From Lama guanicoe (Eukaryota), in assembly GCA_013239625.1 (NCBI GenBank), contig MU053431.1, forward strand, positions 1,700,485 through 1,764,484: a DNA stretch of 64,000 bases, read 5' to 3'. Made by a program: the position numbers and the translations under genes. The notes beneath the pieces are model-generated. The model saw only the letters and a list, made by a program, of their open reading frames with translations. It was not told the origin of the DNA and made no database searches. This document shows, piece by piece, positions 36,479 through 47,800 of the stretch; positions within the stretch are counted from its first letter, which is position 1, and each line of letters begins with the position of its first letter.

Positions 36479-39400
36479 TGCTCTGGGTTCTGAGGCCGTG
36501 GACCCTGCAGAGGGAGGGAGGGAGGAGATGCCAGGAGATAGATGCCAACGGGGCTTTCGGGTGAGGATGCCTATGGACTGGACCTGGGATGCTGGCAGGA
36601 GCTGCCCGTCCCTCCTGCAGTGCGGTTCCCACCCCAGGGCTCCCCAGTCCCCCACCTCCCATCTCCTGTACACACCCTTCCTCCACCATCTGGCTGAGGT
36701 CACCCGGCTCCTCCACCATCAGCCAAGCCTGAGAATTCAGGTCCCCAGGAGAGAAGCCCGCACCTTGGATCAGGCCGCATGAGCAGGTGGGAAGCAGATA
36801 CACCTTCTTGCCAAAACCACTTCCAAGTGGGGGGAAACCGTGGGCCATGGGGGCAGGCTCACCGGGCCCCCAGAAGAGGAGCTGGAAGGGCAGGCCCGAC
36901 TCCCTCCCCTGGCCCAGCTGCGGGGTCCTGTCCTCATCCTCATCGGAGGAGTCAGGTGGCTTCTGTGTACTGCTGCCGCTGGACTCTCCAGCCCCGTCAC
37001 CTGTGCCTTGGCGGTGGGGGCCTGAGACAGATGAACACAGGGCTGCCAGCCCAGCCTTAACAGGGATCAGCTGTCATGAGCCAGGCCACCCACAGGGAAG
37101 TTAGCCATCAAGTCACCCTCTCCCAGCTGAGCCACATGGAGGCCAGCTCTGGCCACCTCAGAAGTGGGTCCAGGATAGGGTTACAGCCCCAGGCCCAGCA
37201 GCGTCGTCCGGAGGGAGCTGATGACCAGGAGACCCAAACAGAGCGGCTGGCTGCGCCCGCCCAGCCCACACCCAGTGTCTGCGTCGCCGGACTCAGCCGC
37301 TGCGGCCGAAATGCCCTCCGCGGGTGTCAGGGGCTCTTCTGCGGGCCTGTTTCTGCACAAACCTTTGCCTCGAGATGAAGTCCTTGAGCCACACACGCAG
37401 CAAGCTGTCCTTTAAGTCCGGGGCAGGCGTCAACATGACCATCTGTGCGTTCACTTCTGGAGCAGTCTCCTAACACAGTGCACGACCAGCACACGTTGCC
37501 CAGATGCGGCCACATAAGATCTTGATACAAACTCAAGAACTTCCTCCTGAAGACCCGTGAACATGGGACGGTCCTCGTGGTTGAGATGCCAAGTGTCCCA
37601 CAGCCCCAGACCCAGGATTCGCCACTGCCCGTGGACGGAGGGGACGTTCCAGGCACCCCTGGCTCCACGTGGCAAGTGTTTCCGCTCACCCTTCCTCGCA
37701 CCTCGGGGCCTGCGTCACCGGGAGGGCCCAGCCTTCCACTTTCCAGTCAAGACGCCGCTGATGAGGGCAAAATCCCTCCAGAGACAGAATTCCAGCCTTC
37801 CCCCGGGAACACAGTCCGTGGAGCAGAATCTGGGCGTATAGGAGGTTGGACAGGCGCCGCCCCCCACGCTGCGGTGATGGAGGGTTGGGGCTGGGTCCAT
37901 ACTCAGGCTGTTGTGTCCTGGCCGTCAGAACCGCTCCCAACGGACCCAGGGAGGCGGACGCAGGGCTGGCGGGCCCGAGTCGCACCGTTTACATCCTGTC
38001 CTGTGGGGGCTGTGACCACCTGTCACCAGTCTGCAAGTCGACCGGCACGTGGGGTGTGTGACTGCAGGCTGCGCTCCCTGTGTTTCTGTTGGGGAGCAGA
38101 GCCCTCGGTTCTCGTGCACCTGCCCCTGATGTGGAGCTGTGGGACCGCCCACCGCCAGGCGTTCGTGTCTTGAGGGATTTATTTTCAAATAGGAAGGACT
38201 CTGTTTCTTCGCGGCCATCCGCGCCACGGGAGCTCAGCGGTCTGGCCGCCTTGTGGTCCCTGACGTGGACCTGGTCCTTCCCGTCCTGTCGTGACCCCGC
38301 ATCTCTCCTGCTCGGGGCTCGCCGGGGAGTTAAGCCCAGAGCTGGGGGCGGGCTGAGCAGGTGCTCAGGTGTGCAGCTCGCTGCCTGGGCTGGCTCCCAC
38401 CACCAATAACAATCCAGCCGGTGCTGACCCTCAGCCCCAACAGGCCACTGGACGGCCTCTCTGAGCCCCCACTGCCACGCGACCTGGTTTGGGGCGCCCT
38501 CCCTTTGAGGGGTCGACCTCAGCCCTGGAGCGGGATCCCTGCTGCTTTTGTATGTGCACATCAACCCGGGCGGCCCCCGGGCCAACTTAAGCCTTTTCCA
38601 TGTTTCTCCATGCTTCTGTGTCAGGAGTCCGTCGGAGCTGCGGGCAGGTGGGAGGCAGAGCCATTCCTGACCCAAGGCCCACGCTTGGCGCCTTGCCCTC
38701 TGCTGCTCCCCGCGGCCTGCATTAAATGTGCGCGCGGGCGCCATCTGGGCGGCAGCTGCCTCAGTCACTGGTCTGTGTGTGCGGGTGCAATGCTTCTTGT
38801 TCCTCGGGGAAGCCTTGGCACTTCCTCTCGGCTCCTCCCTGGGCACCTTCCTTCTGCCTCCCTCGCTCCCGGGCCTGGCGTGCCAGGGTGCACGGGGGCG
38901 GGGGCGCTGCAGTACAGCTCTGGGCGTGGTCACAGGCCCCGGGAGGGCCCGGGTGGAATTTTTGCTGTCCAGGCTTGGCCTCCAGATATGGTCTCTGATA
39001 GTCTGCCAGTACAGTTTCCAAAGTAAACAGTCGGCCCCGGGTGTAAATGCCACACAACTGGCCACGGTTCTTTGAATAAAATGTTGGCAAGGACAGCCAT
39101 GACTTGCACACTTGACTCTGAAGCCAGACCGTGTGGTGTCGGCCTCCCTGGCCCTGGCTGGGAGACTGCTGCCCTGCTGGGCCCACTTCCCTGGCCTGTA
39201 AGACGGGCTGTGGCACCTGCAGCACCCACACGGCCTGGGCACACGTGATGTCGGTGTGATGTCGGCATGAGGATGGAGCTGACAGGGCCGGGAAGTGGGA
39301 TGCTTTGAAGCCTGCTGTGGCATTCATGCCCACGGCCTGGCCCCGGGGGAGCCCAGGGAGGCGCCCAAGTGAGGCTGAAAGGAGCTAAGAGGGCGTGACC

Positions 39401-39509
39401 TTCAAGTGAACGCAGGAGACAGTGCCAGCCGCCTCAGCGAGACGGCTGCGCCGAGAGGACTGGGGAGCAGGCAGAGGTCTGGCAGAAGGACCGGAGCCCC
39501 AGCCTCTGA

Positions 39510-39880
39510 GGCTCAACCCACAGAAATCCACAAGCTGGGGGCTTAAAACCACAGAACTTTATCCCCCCAATTCTGGAGGCCAGAGTCTGGAATCAGGGTG
39601 TCGGCAGGGCTGCCCTCCCCCTGGAGGCTCCGGGGTGGGTACTTCCTGCCTCCCCCAGCCCCTGGTGGCCCCAAGCACCCTTGGCTTGTGGCCACATCAC
39701 CCCAGTCTCCTCCTCCATCATCACGTGGCTTCTCTTCTAAGGACACGGTCATGGGACTTGGGTCACATCCCAAGTCAGCATGTCCTTATCTCAGATCACT
39801 GATCACATCTGCAAAGGCACTTTTTCCAAAGGTGATGCTCAGGGTCATGTGCACATGTCTTTGTGAGGGGCCCACCGTTC
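39510..39880 (-). mobile_element. MLT1-type (MaLR) LTR relic
   Basis: ggcttaaaaccacagaactttat, ttctggaggccagagtctggaatcagggtgtcggcagggc, ccttggcttgtggccacatcaccccagtctc, acatctgcaaaggc. Confidence 0.8.
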
Positions 39881-39954
39881 TCCCCCTTGAGTCCCCAGCG
39901 CAGGGCCCAGCAGAGCGGGGCTCTGTTACTGGTTCCCTGAAGGACTCAGGCCCG

Positions 39955-40080
39955 CCCTCGTGACCTCATTTCACATTAGGCACCTCTTCAGAGACCCTGC
40001 CTCCGAGTGCCTCACATTCCGTGGAGCTGGGGCTTGGGCTTCCAACCCGGGGAGTGGGGGGCACAGCTCAGCCCTTAGCG
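39955..40080 (-). mobile_element. MLT1-type LTR fragment
   Basis: gtgacctcatttcacattaggcacctcttcagagaccctgcctcc, gggggcacagctcagccctta. Confidence 0.6.
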
Positions 40081-41030
40081 AGAGGTGACCTGAGGAGTGT
40101 GTGGAGGTCTGCAGAAGGCCCTCATAGAGGGCCTGGGGCTGCAGGTCCAGCCAGACCAGGTGTTTCCTATCACAGCGACTGGTGTATTTCTGGTGGGAAA
40201 ACCCGTGTTCTTCCTCTCAAGGTGCAGAGTGTTTGTTGCCACCTGGGTTCCCAGGCAGCCATGGAACCTGTTTACCTGGCAAAAGGCACGGCCCTTTCTA
40301 AAAGGTGAGGGGTGCTGAGGACACATCGGAGCCCCGGGAGCCTCGGGACATGGTGGCTTCTCAGCCCGCCCCAGCTGCTTTGGTCGACGGGACGGGAGTG
40401 GGAAGTGATGGCCCAGACAGGGCAGCAGAACAGGCTGGGCGGGGAGGCTGCGGGAAGTTGGAGTGTTGGCGCGACTTCTCGTTAACCTGTCCATGGGGCT
40501 GCAGACCGCGGCTCTTTTAGCATCTTCAAAGACCCGCCACGGGTGAGGCCCAGCGCCGACCAACACTTCCACCCGTGCCGACCAACACTGCTGCAACCCC
40601 AGGGACCCATTCCCCACACCCTCCACACTCCGCACTAGGATGGGTTTCCTTTAAAGCTAAAGAGCCCAGAAGCCAGCAGGCTGTGAGTTTCAGGGAGAAT
40701 CGAGGCTGGGCTGGTGCCCAGGGCAGAGAGCTGCCCACTTGGGGAGGTCCCTCAGGTGCTGTCAGCTCATGGGCTGCGGGGACAGTGCAGGTTGGGTGGT
40801 CCAGGGGCTCACACGGCGTCCAGCCAGGTCCTGCTCATCTCTCCGCGTGTGGCCTCGCTCAGGCAGGCTCTGCCCTCCGACCAGGCCAGGCTGCCCTGAG
40901 TATGCGGCTATGGGTTCAGGGAGGGGGCTGATCAGGAGCCCGACCTTGGCAGGCTGGGCCCCAGGCAGGCAGAGCCGTCGGCAGCCAGCTGGAGCCCAGG
41001 TGGAAATGCTCACAGGACTTCCTCCCACAG

Positions 41031-41889
41031 ATCGAGCCGGCTGCTGGGATCCCAGGCGTGGCCGTCGTGGTCTCACCCTCAGTGGAAATGGGGGACAAGC
41101 CCTTCGTCTCGATGCCGAAGCTGGTCTCTTCTGGCTCACCCTCGGCCGCCAATGGCAGATGTGACCACTTGCCTTCCAGCAGGCGGGCGTCCCTCGGCTC
41201 GCCCTTGGGCCACGGTGCCCTGTGCCCTGCCGCCCACAGCCCCCTGGACTCCAGCAGCCAGCCACTGTGCCAGCCGCGGGCCGAGAAGTGCGCGCCCCGG
41301 GCGGCCCAGGAGGTGCACTACGTGGCGGCGGGGCAGCCCGGCGAGGCGTGTGGCTGGCGGGCCTTCGCCCCCGCGTGCCTGCAGGCCTTCAACACACCCC
41401 GGGGCTTCCTGCTGTTCCTGTGTGCGGCCTCCTTCCTGCAGGGAATGACGGTCAACGGCTTCATCAACACCGTCATCACCTCCATCGAGCGGCGCTACGA
41501 CCTGCGCAGCTACCAGAGCGGCCTCGTCGCCAGCTCCTATGACGTGGCCGCCTGCCTCTGCCTCACCTTCGTCAGCTACTTCGGGGGCAACGGTCACAAG
41601 CCCCGCTGGCTGGGCTGGGGCGTGCTGGTCATGGGCGCCGGCTCGCTGGTGTTCGCGCTGCCCCACTTCACCACAGGCCCCTACGAGGCGGAGGTGGACG
41701 AGGCCGTCGGGACATGCGGGGCCAACCGCAGCGTGGCGTGCAGGGACCACACCTCCAGCCTGTCCCACTACCGGCTGGTCTTCATGCTGGGCCAGTTCCT
41801 GCACGGCGTAGGCGCCACGCCCCTCTACACGCTGGGAGTCACCTACCTGGACGAGAACGTCAAGTCCAGCTACTCGCCCGTCTACCTCG
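41031..41889 (+). CDS. SLCO4A1: SLCO4A1 exon 2 (57 nt UTR + 802 nt coding from ATG 41088)
   Basis: Branch-like CTCAC, then acttcctcccacAG acceptor (41029-41030). Kozak gaaATGg at 41088. Donor G|GTGAGT at 41890. Encodes the N-terminal transmembrane region. The 5' boundary is less certain than the 3'. Confidence 0.93.
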
Positions 41890-44800
41890 GTGAGTGGGTG
41901 GGTGTGATGGCGGTGACACTGGCAGGGCACCTACACAGAGTCTGGCTCCGTCCAAGCCCCCTTACATGCATTTCCCTGTGGGCCACATGTGGCCAGATGT
42001 GGCCCCGGCACTCCTGGGTGAGGTGGCAGGTGAGCACTGGTCTGCGTATCACCTGGACGCCTCAGATGGCGGGGGGGTGCTGACCGTTGTGATCCCTGGG
42101 AGCGTCCTGCAGGGTCCGGGGTGCAGGGAGCAACTGGGCACAGGGTCGGCTGGTGACTGGGCTGCAGAGCTGGGCGCTGCCACGCCACCCGCAGGGGCTG
42201 GGCTCAAGCCTCACGCCGCCCCAGACCCTCATGTTTATCCGGGGTGCGATTTCTGAGTTTCCAGCCTCGTGCTGGCCACTCCCCGAGCCCCTCCTGCGAG
42301 GGCAGCTCTCCCGAGGCAGGCACTCAGGGCCGGTCAGGAGCCTTGGCCGACGCTCCAGCCCAGCCGGACTTTGCCAGCGGCCCCTGCTTCCTCGTGTCCA
42401 CCTGATCTCCGCTCACCTGAGTCACTCAGTGGTTGCCGTCCTGGGGACTTCGGGGCACTGGGGTCGCAGGGAGCCTGTGCTGCTGCCCGGTGCTGCCTCA
42501 ACCTGCAAAGCGAGGCTCTCTGGAGCTTTGCTCTTTCGAGGAGGGAAGAGTCCAAATGATGCCTGCGGTGGCTTTGAGGGAAGTGTTTTAAAGACACCTT
42601 GAAGGGTTGGCAGCAGCCAGGTGTCAGACGCAGCGGAGGCTGCCCAGGGAGAACCCCGACGTGAACGGTCTGTGCCGGGAGCAGGCGTGGAGGCGCAGAG
42701 TACGGGGGCTTCTCTGAGGTGGGCCGGTGCGGCTGCTGCGTGTCAGACGCCTGTGAGCCCCCGGGCAGCGGCGCAGGGCGCAGCTGGTTCTCACCGACTC
42801 CACTTCCCTTCCAGGCATCTTCTACACCGCGGCCATCCTTGGCCCGGCGGCTGGCTACCTGGTTGGAGGAGCCCTGCTGAACATTTACACTGACATTGGC
42901 CAACGGTGAGCGCCCTGGGCTCTAGCGCAGACTTCTCGCCCCGTAGAGAACACGCCCCACTGTCCGTATGGAGGGACCGCGGCCCAAGCAGGGGGCGGTC
43001 CTGGTGGCCTCGCTCCGGTGAACCTGGGAGGCCCTGGGCGGCCTGGGGGAGGGGACAGCGTAGATGGACGTCCTCTCCCAGCCGGTGAGACCAGGCCACG
43101 ACCGCTCTAAAGCCCTTTGCAGAACCAGAAGAGGATTTTCCTGTCTCCCATGTGAGATTCTTCTGTCACGTTTTGCCACACCACGCAGTTCCCCCGTTCT
43201 CTCTGGACACCGGCTGAGTGTCCCCAACTCAGCTCAACCTGACACTGAAATCCTGGAGTCCGCTCAGACCCCCGAAGTGAAGGGCAGTCCCACAAGACCA
43301 CCCCCACTTCAGACGCCAGCCACAGTGGTGGGTCACAGCGACCCACACTTCCGTCCACCGTGGCTGCAAATCAGAGGTTCCCACAACCCCTCTTTGGGTT
43401 CGGAAATTTGCAAGAACGGCTCTCAGAACCCAGGAGAGCACAGGACTCCCTCGACCACCAGCTTATGAGACAGAACAGAATTCAGGAGCAGCAGGCGGAG
43501 GGGGCGGATGGGAAGGGGCCGGAGCTCCCACGCCCTCTCCAGGCGCTCCGCCCCCCCACCTCCGCGTGCTCCCCTGGAGGCTCTCCGAACCCTGTCACCC
43601 TGTGTTTGTGGCAGTGTCACTTGGGCTTCAGTAACTGACTTACTGGCCGTTAGCGGTCAGCAGCCTCCCTGGAAGCGGGGCTGGGAAGTCCAAGCTTCTC
43701 GCCAGGCACACGGCTGGCCTTTCTGGTGGCCAGGCCCCTCTGAGCCCCCTAGGGGCCTGCCAAGAGGGCCGCATCACAGTAAAGGACCCCCTATCACCCA
43801 GGGGACTCCAAGGGAGTTAGTGTGCAGGTCAGGGTCGCAGGGGCCCTCTGTCCCCTGAGCTTCGTGAGGCCAGGGCTGCAGCTCCGCTTTGGGGTGCACT
43901 CCTCGCCTGCTCTTGCTGGGAAAGCCCGCCCCTTCAAGGCCCCAGCGCCCCGGGGCCTCACCTCACTGGGGGCAGCCTCTCGGGCCCCAGAGGACGGGGT
44001 GGACCTGGGAGTGCGGCAGTCTGCCCTCTGGTCACCGGGGCGCATCCCCCTCCACGGCTGTGCCAGTGCCCTGCCCCGCCACTCCCAGACAGGGCAGGGC
44101 AGGCACCTTGAGCAGAGCCTCTGGGCTCTGCCTCTTCTTGACCAGCAAGCGGAGGGGTGCGCAGTGTGTGTGTCCTGGTGCTGTGAGTGAGTCGCTGACC
44201 CCCAAGTGCCTCTCCCGCAGGACAGAGCTCACCACCGAGAGCCCGCTGTGGGTTGGCGCCTGGTGGGTCGGCTTCCTGGGTGCCGGAGCTGCCGCCTTCC
44301 TCACCGCCGTCCCCATCCTCGGTTACCCGCGGCAGCTGCCAGGTGGGTGCCTCCCGCCCATGGTGTGTGGAAGGCAGGACTCTGTTCCGGGCTCCTCCCC
44401 CATCCGCCTCCACCAGCAGAGGGTCCGGGGTCTTCGTCTGCTGGGCGGGGGTTGTTGCCTTCCTGCAGGGTGACCTGACCCCCGGGCTACCTCTACCCCT
44501 GCAACCTCTCCCTGCTCAGGGGCCCACAGAGAAAGCTGGTTTCGGGGGAGGGGGTGGGGGTCCCTTTCAGTTCCTCCCATTTCCCTCTGGTCCCAGGTTG
44601 AGCCCGTCAGGGTCGCTCCCACCTCCCCATCCTTGCCAGCCCCTCGCTGGCTGGTGCCACGCCCAGCAGGGGGCTTTGGCCCCTGCCCCTCACTGACGTC
44701 CGTGTCCTCCCAGGCTCCCAGCGCTACGTGGTCATGAGAGCATCTGAAACACACCAGGTGAAGGAGAGTGGCCACAAGGCGACTAGCAACCCTGACTTCG

Positions 44801-47800
44801 GGAAAACCATCAGAGACCTGCCTCTGTAAGGACCTGGTGGGGCCCTCTCATCTGCGCCCGTGTGATTTGAAGACTCTCTGGGGCTCCCACGTGTGCTGGG
44901 TCTGAACCCCGAGTTAGGAGAGTCCCTGTGACCCTCCAGGGCCTCGTGGGGTCACAGCCCCTAAACCTCCTCGTGACCCAACAATCTTCGGGTCTTGGCA
45001 CCAAAACTTGGGTGGGGAGAGTAAGGAGCATCAGACAGAGCCTCCCGGCTTGGAGCCGCTGAGAGCTGGTTCCGACGGAAGGGCCAGGGCCTCAGCCCTG
45101 TAGCACCTGCCCCGCACGGCGGGCTCGGGGGCTGCACCTGGAGCCACCTGGTCACAGAGCAAGCCCCTGCAGCTCGGGCTAGTGGCCCCACAGCCAGTGG
45201 GTCCTGGACCCCCAGGGAGGTGACTGACCCCAGATCGTTCCCCGGGAGTGGCCCCTGCACCACGTCCTCCGGCCGGTTCATTCCAAAGAGGGGCCCCCGG
45301 CCCCCCGCCCCGCCTCCTAGGGCAGCAACACCTTGTTTGTCTTGTGTGTGGCCTGGTCTTACTTTGCCGTCTTCACGCACCATCAGGACACACAGAGCCC
45401 TGGGCTCCCGGGGCCTCAGAGGCACAGTGTGGCACCTGGGGCTCCTGGCGGCCAGCGCCGCTCTTGGCAGGGGCCTCCCGAGTCCTCGGCCTCACTGAGC
45501 GCCCACCGCCCTCCGCTTCCTGAGCCCGTCTGCGGCCACGAGGGCAGTGGGCCGTTAGAGGAGGGAACGAGCCTGTGGGCTGTCTCCAACACGGGAAGGG
45601 CGGCCTGCGGTCAGGTTAGCCCCTGGGCTGCCTGCTGCCTGGCTAGACCACCCTGAAGAGCCGCCCACTCAGGAGCCTTCCCTCAAGGCTGGCGGAGCTG
45701 GCCCAGGCCGCGCTGGCTGGGGTGCGAGGCCATCGGTGCAGGGGCAGGCTCGCCCGGTCTCTGGACACCCGCAGGGGAGCTGCTCCAGCCGGGGCAGGGC
45801 CTCTTGTCCCATCTGAGCAGCACTGGCACCGAGGGCGTCAACAGCCTGGTCCCCAGTGGACCCAGGACAAAGGTCCAAGATAAGGATGTTTATGCCCAAA
45901 CCAGTTGCTAGTGATAAAAAATCCCAGAATATGGGCCGTCTGTCAAGGTCATGATTAATTCTCTGAGCAAATTCAACACGTGAGTTTCAGCTGAGCAACC
46001 TGCAGGCTGGGGTTGAGAAAGTAGGAAGTTTGCGTACTTCCGGGGAGAGTCAACTCCCTCCGCACCTGGCCGGCGTCCCCGAAGCCTGGGCAGGGCTGGG
46101 CAGGCATCCACGCGACACACACAGCGCAGGACCGAGAGCCCGCCCGGCCGCAGCAGCCACGTGGCACGGCATTTCCTCTGTGTCCTCTTCGCTCCACGGA
46201 TGTGGGACGCAGGCCATTGACCAGAGAGAAGCCTTTTCAGTCCTCAAGTTCAAAAGTCAGTTTTGAAGGAATCGAGTCCCCATTTGGTCAGGACAGGGAG
46301 CGAGGCTGCTCTGAGGTCACCCTGGGAAGCGGTGGGTGGGGGCGGGGCAGCTCTCCTAGCATCAGCGCCCCCCTCCCCGGGGCACAAAGGCTAATTGTGG
46401 CTACACTGCATGTTCCTACTTGCAGAATCCAATTTACCGTTGGCCTGTGTCCTCGAAACAAAGAGCTTTTGCGTGTCAAGCTGTCTGAGCTGCTTTGACA
46501 AGTGCGGGGAGGTGTCCACGCCGGCCTGTGGACAGGGTGGGAAGGTCCCTCCTGGTGGAGGAGGACTAGGGGGTCGTGGGAGCTGGTTCCCCGGGTGGGA
46601 GGCTCATGAGGCCTTAGCTGCAGACACAGAGAATGAACAAAGGCAGCACTTGTCAGAGCCCCTGGGACAGCGGTCAGACCACAGTCCCTTGTTACTGGTG
46701 CCCTTTCTCACGGTGCCGGAGAGGGAGCCCATGCCGCCAGGACCCCGGAGGAAGCTGCACACCGCCCACATCACTCACGAGTCCTGGACCTGCCGTCCAG
46801 GGCTGAGGGGCCGGGCCCGGGAAAGGCAGGTGTCACGTCTAGCTGTGTGCACCGGCGGATGGCTGCCTGGGGACACCGAGCCTCTCTGTTCCCAGACCCC
46901 TGTGGCTGGGGTCTCTGCCCACGTCCTGTTCTAAGCCCGGCACCTTCACTGCCCAGTGAGGAGCTTTGTTTTGTTTTGTGCTACCCTTGACATTTTACGA
47001 GTCGCTCAGTGTCTGACCCGTTCACACTGAGAACTCAGGCATCGCCGCTGCTCAGGCCTCCAGCCCCGACAGGATGCAGGACCCCGTTCACCCAGAGCGC
47101 GTGGCCCTTGCAGCCTTTGTGCTCCTCCCACAGGTGGACTGTGCAGGACCTGCGCATGGGGGCAGCGAGCTGGGGGGTTGCGGGCACCTCCCGGTCTCAG
47201 CCACGCCCAGTGCTCCTGGGTCCTACAGACTCAGCTGTGACCTAAAGTGAGCACACCCCGCCCCCTGACCTGACGGAGAGCCCATGAGGGGCCCAGTCCC
47301 CCGCAGGGCCGTGTCCTCAGAAGGGTGTCCAGGCTGGTTCGCTGGGGAACTCGCAGGCCAGGTCCTAGGGGCTAATGGCAAGACCCTTTCTCAGGCTCCT
47401 GACTTCACCCCACTGGCCGAGCCCCACAAGTGCACACCAAGAGAAGCTGAGAAGCCAGCCAGCCCCCCGGGGGCTCCTTGGAGGGGCCTCTTGGTCAGAA
47501 TCTCCTGTCCCACTGGCCAGCTGCTGATTGAAAAGGAGCCCCACCCCTCCAGGCCCAAATCCCCTTTCCTGGGGGGCCACCAGTCCTCAGCTTGGTGACA
47601 GCCACCTCCCCCCAGCTCCCTCCTGGCTCAGGCCCCTCTGCTGGTCCTCACAGCTGCCCCCGGGGTGACTCAACAGTGTCATAGTCACCAGGGGTCTCAC
47701 CCCTCGTGGGAGCCAGAGCTCTGTGACAGCGGCTTTCACAACAGCGTGGGCTCTAGATCCTGGCGCCAGCTCGCCGCCTACCACAGCCCAGGAGCAAGTG

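Noticed and set aside
37989-39323. Longest ORF in the track (444 aa, minus strand, within intron 1)
   Set aside because: Pro/Arg/Ala/Gly-rich with no domain and no codon periodicity; long stop-free frames are expected at this GC content.
41136-41930. 264-aa antisense ORF over exon 2
   Set aside because: Shadow frame: very high GC3 of the sense exon removes stop codons from the opposite strand.
41058-42083. Track ORF with GTG start and extension into intron 2
   Set aside because: The better start is ATG 41088 in strong Kozak context, and homology ends at the GTGAGT donor at 41890.
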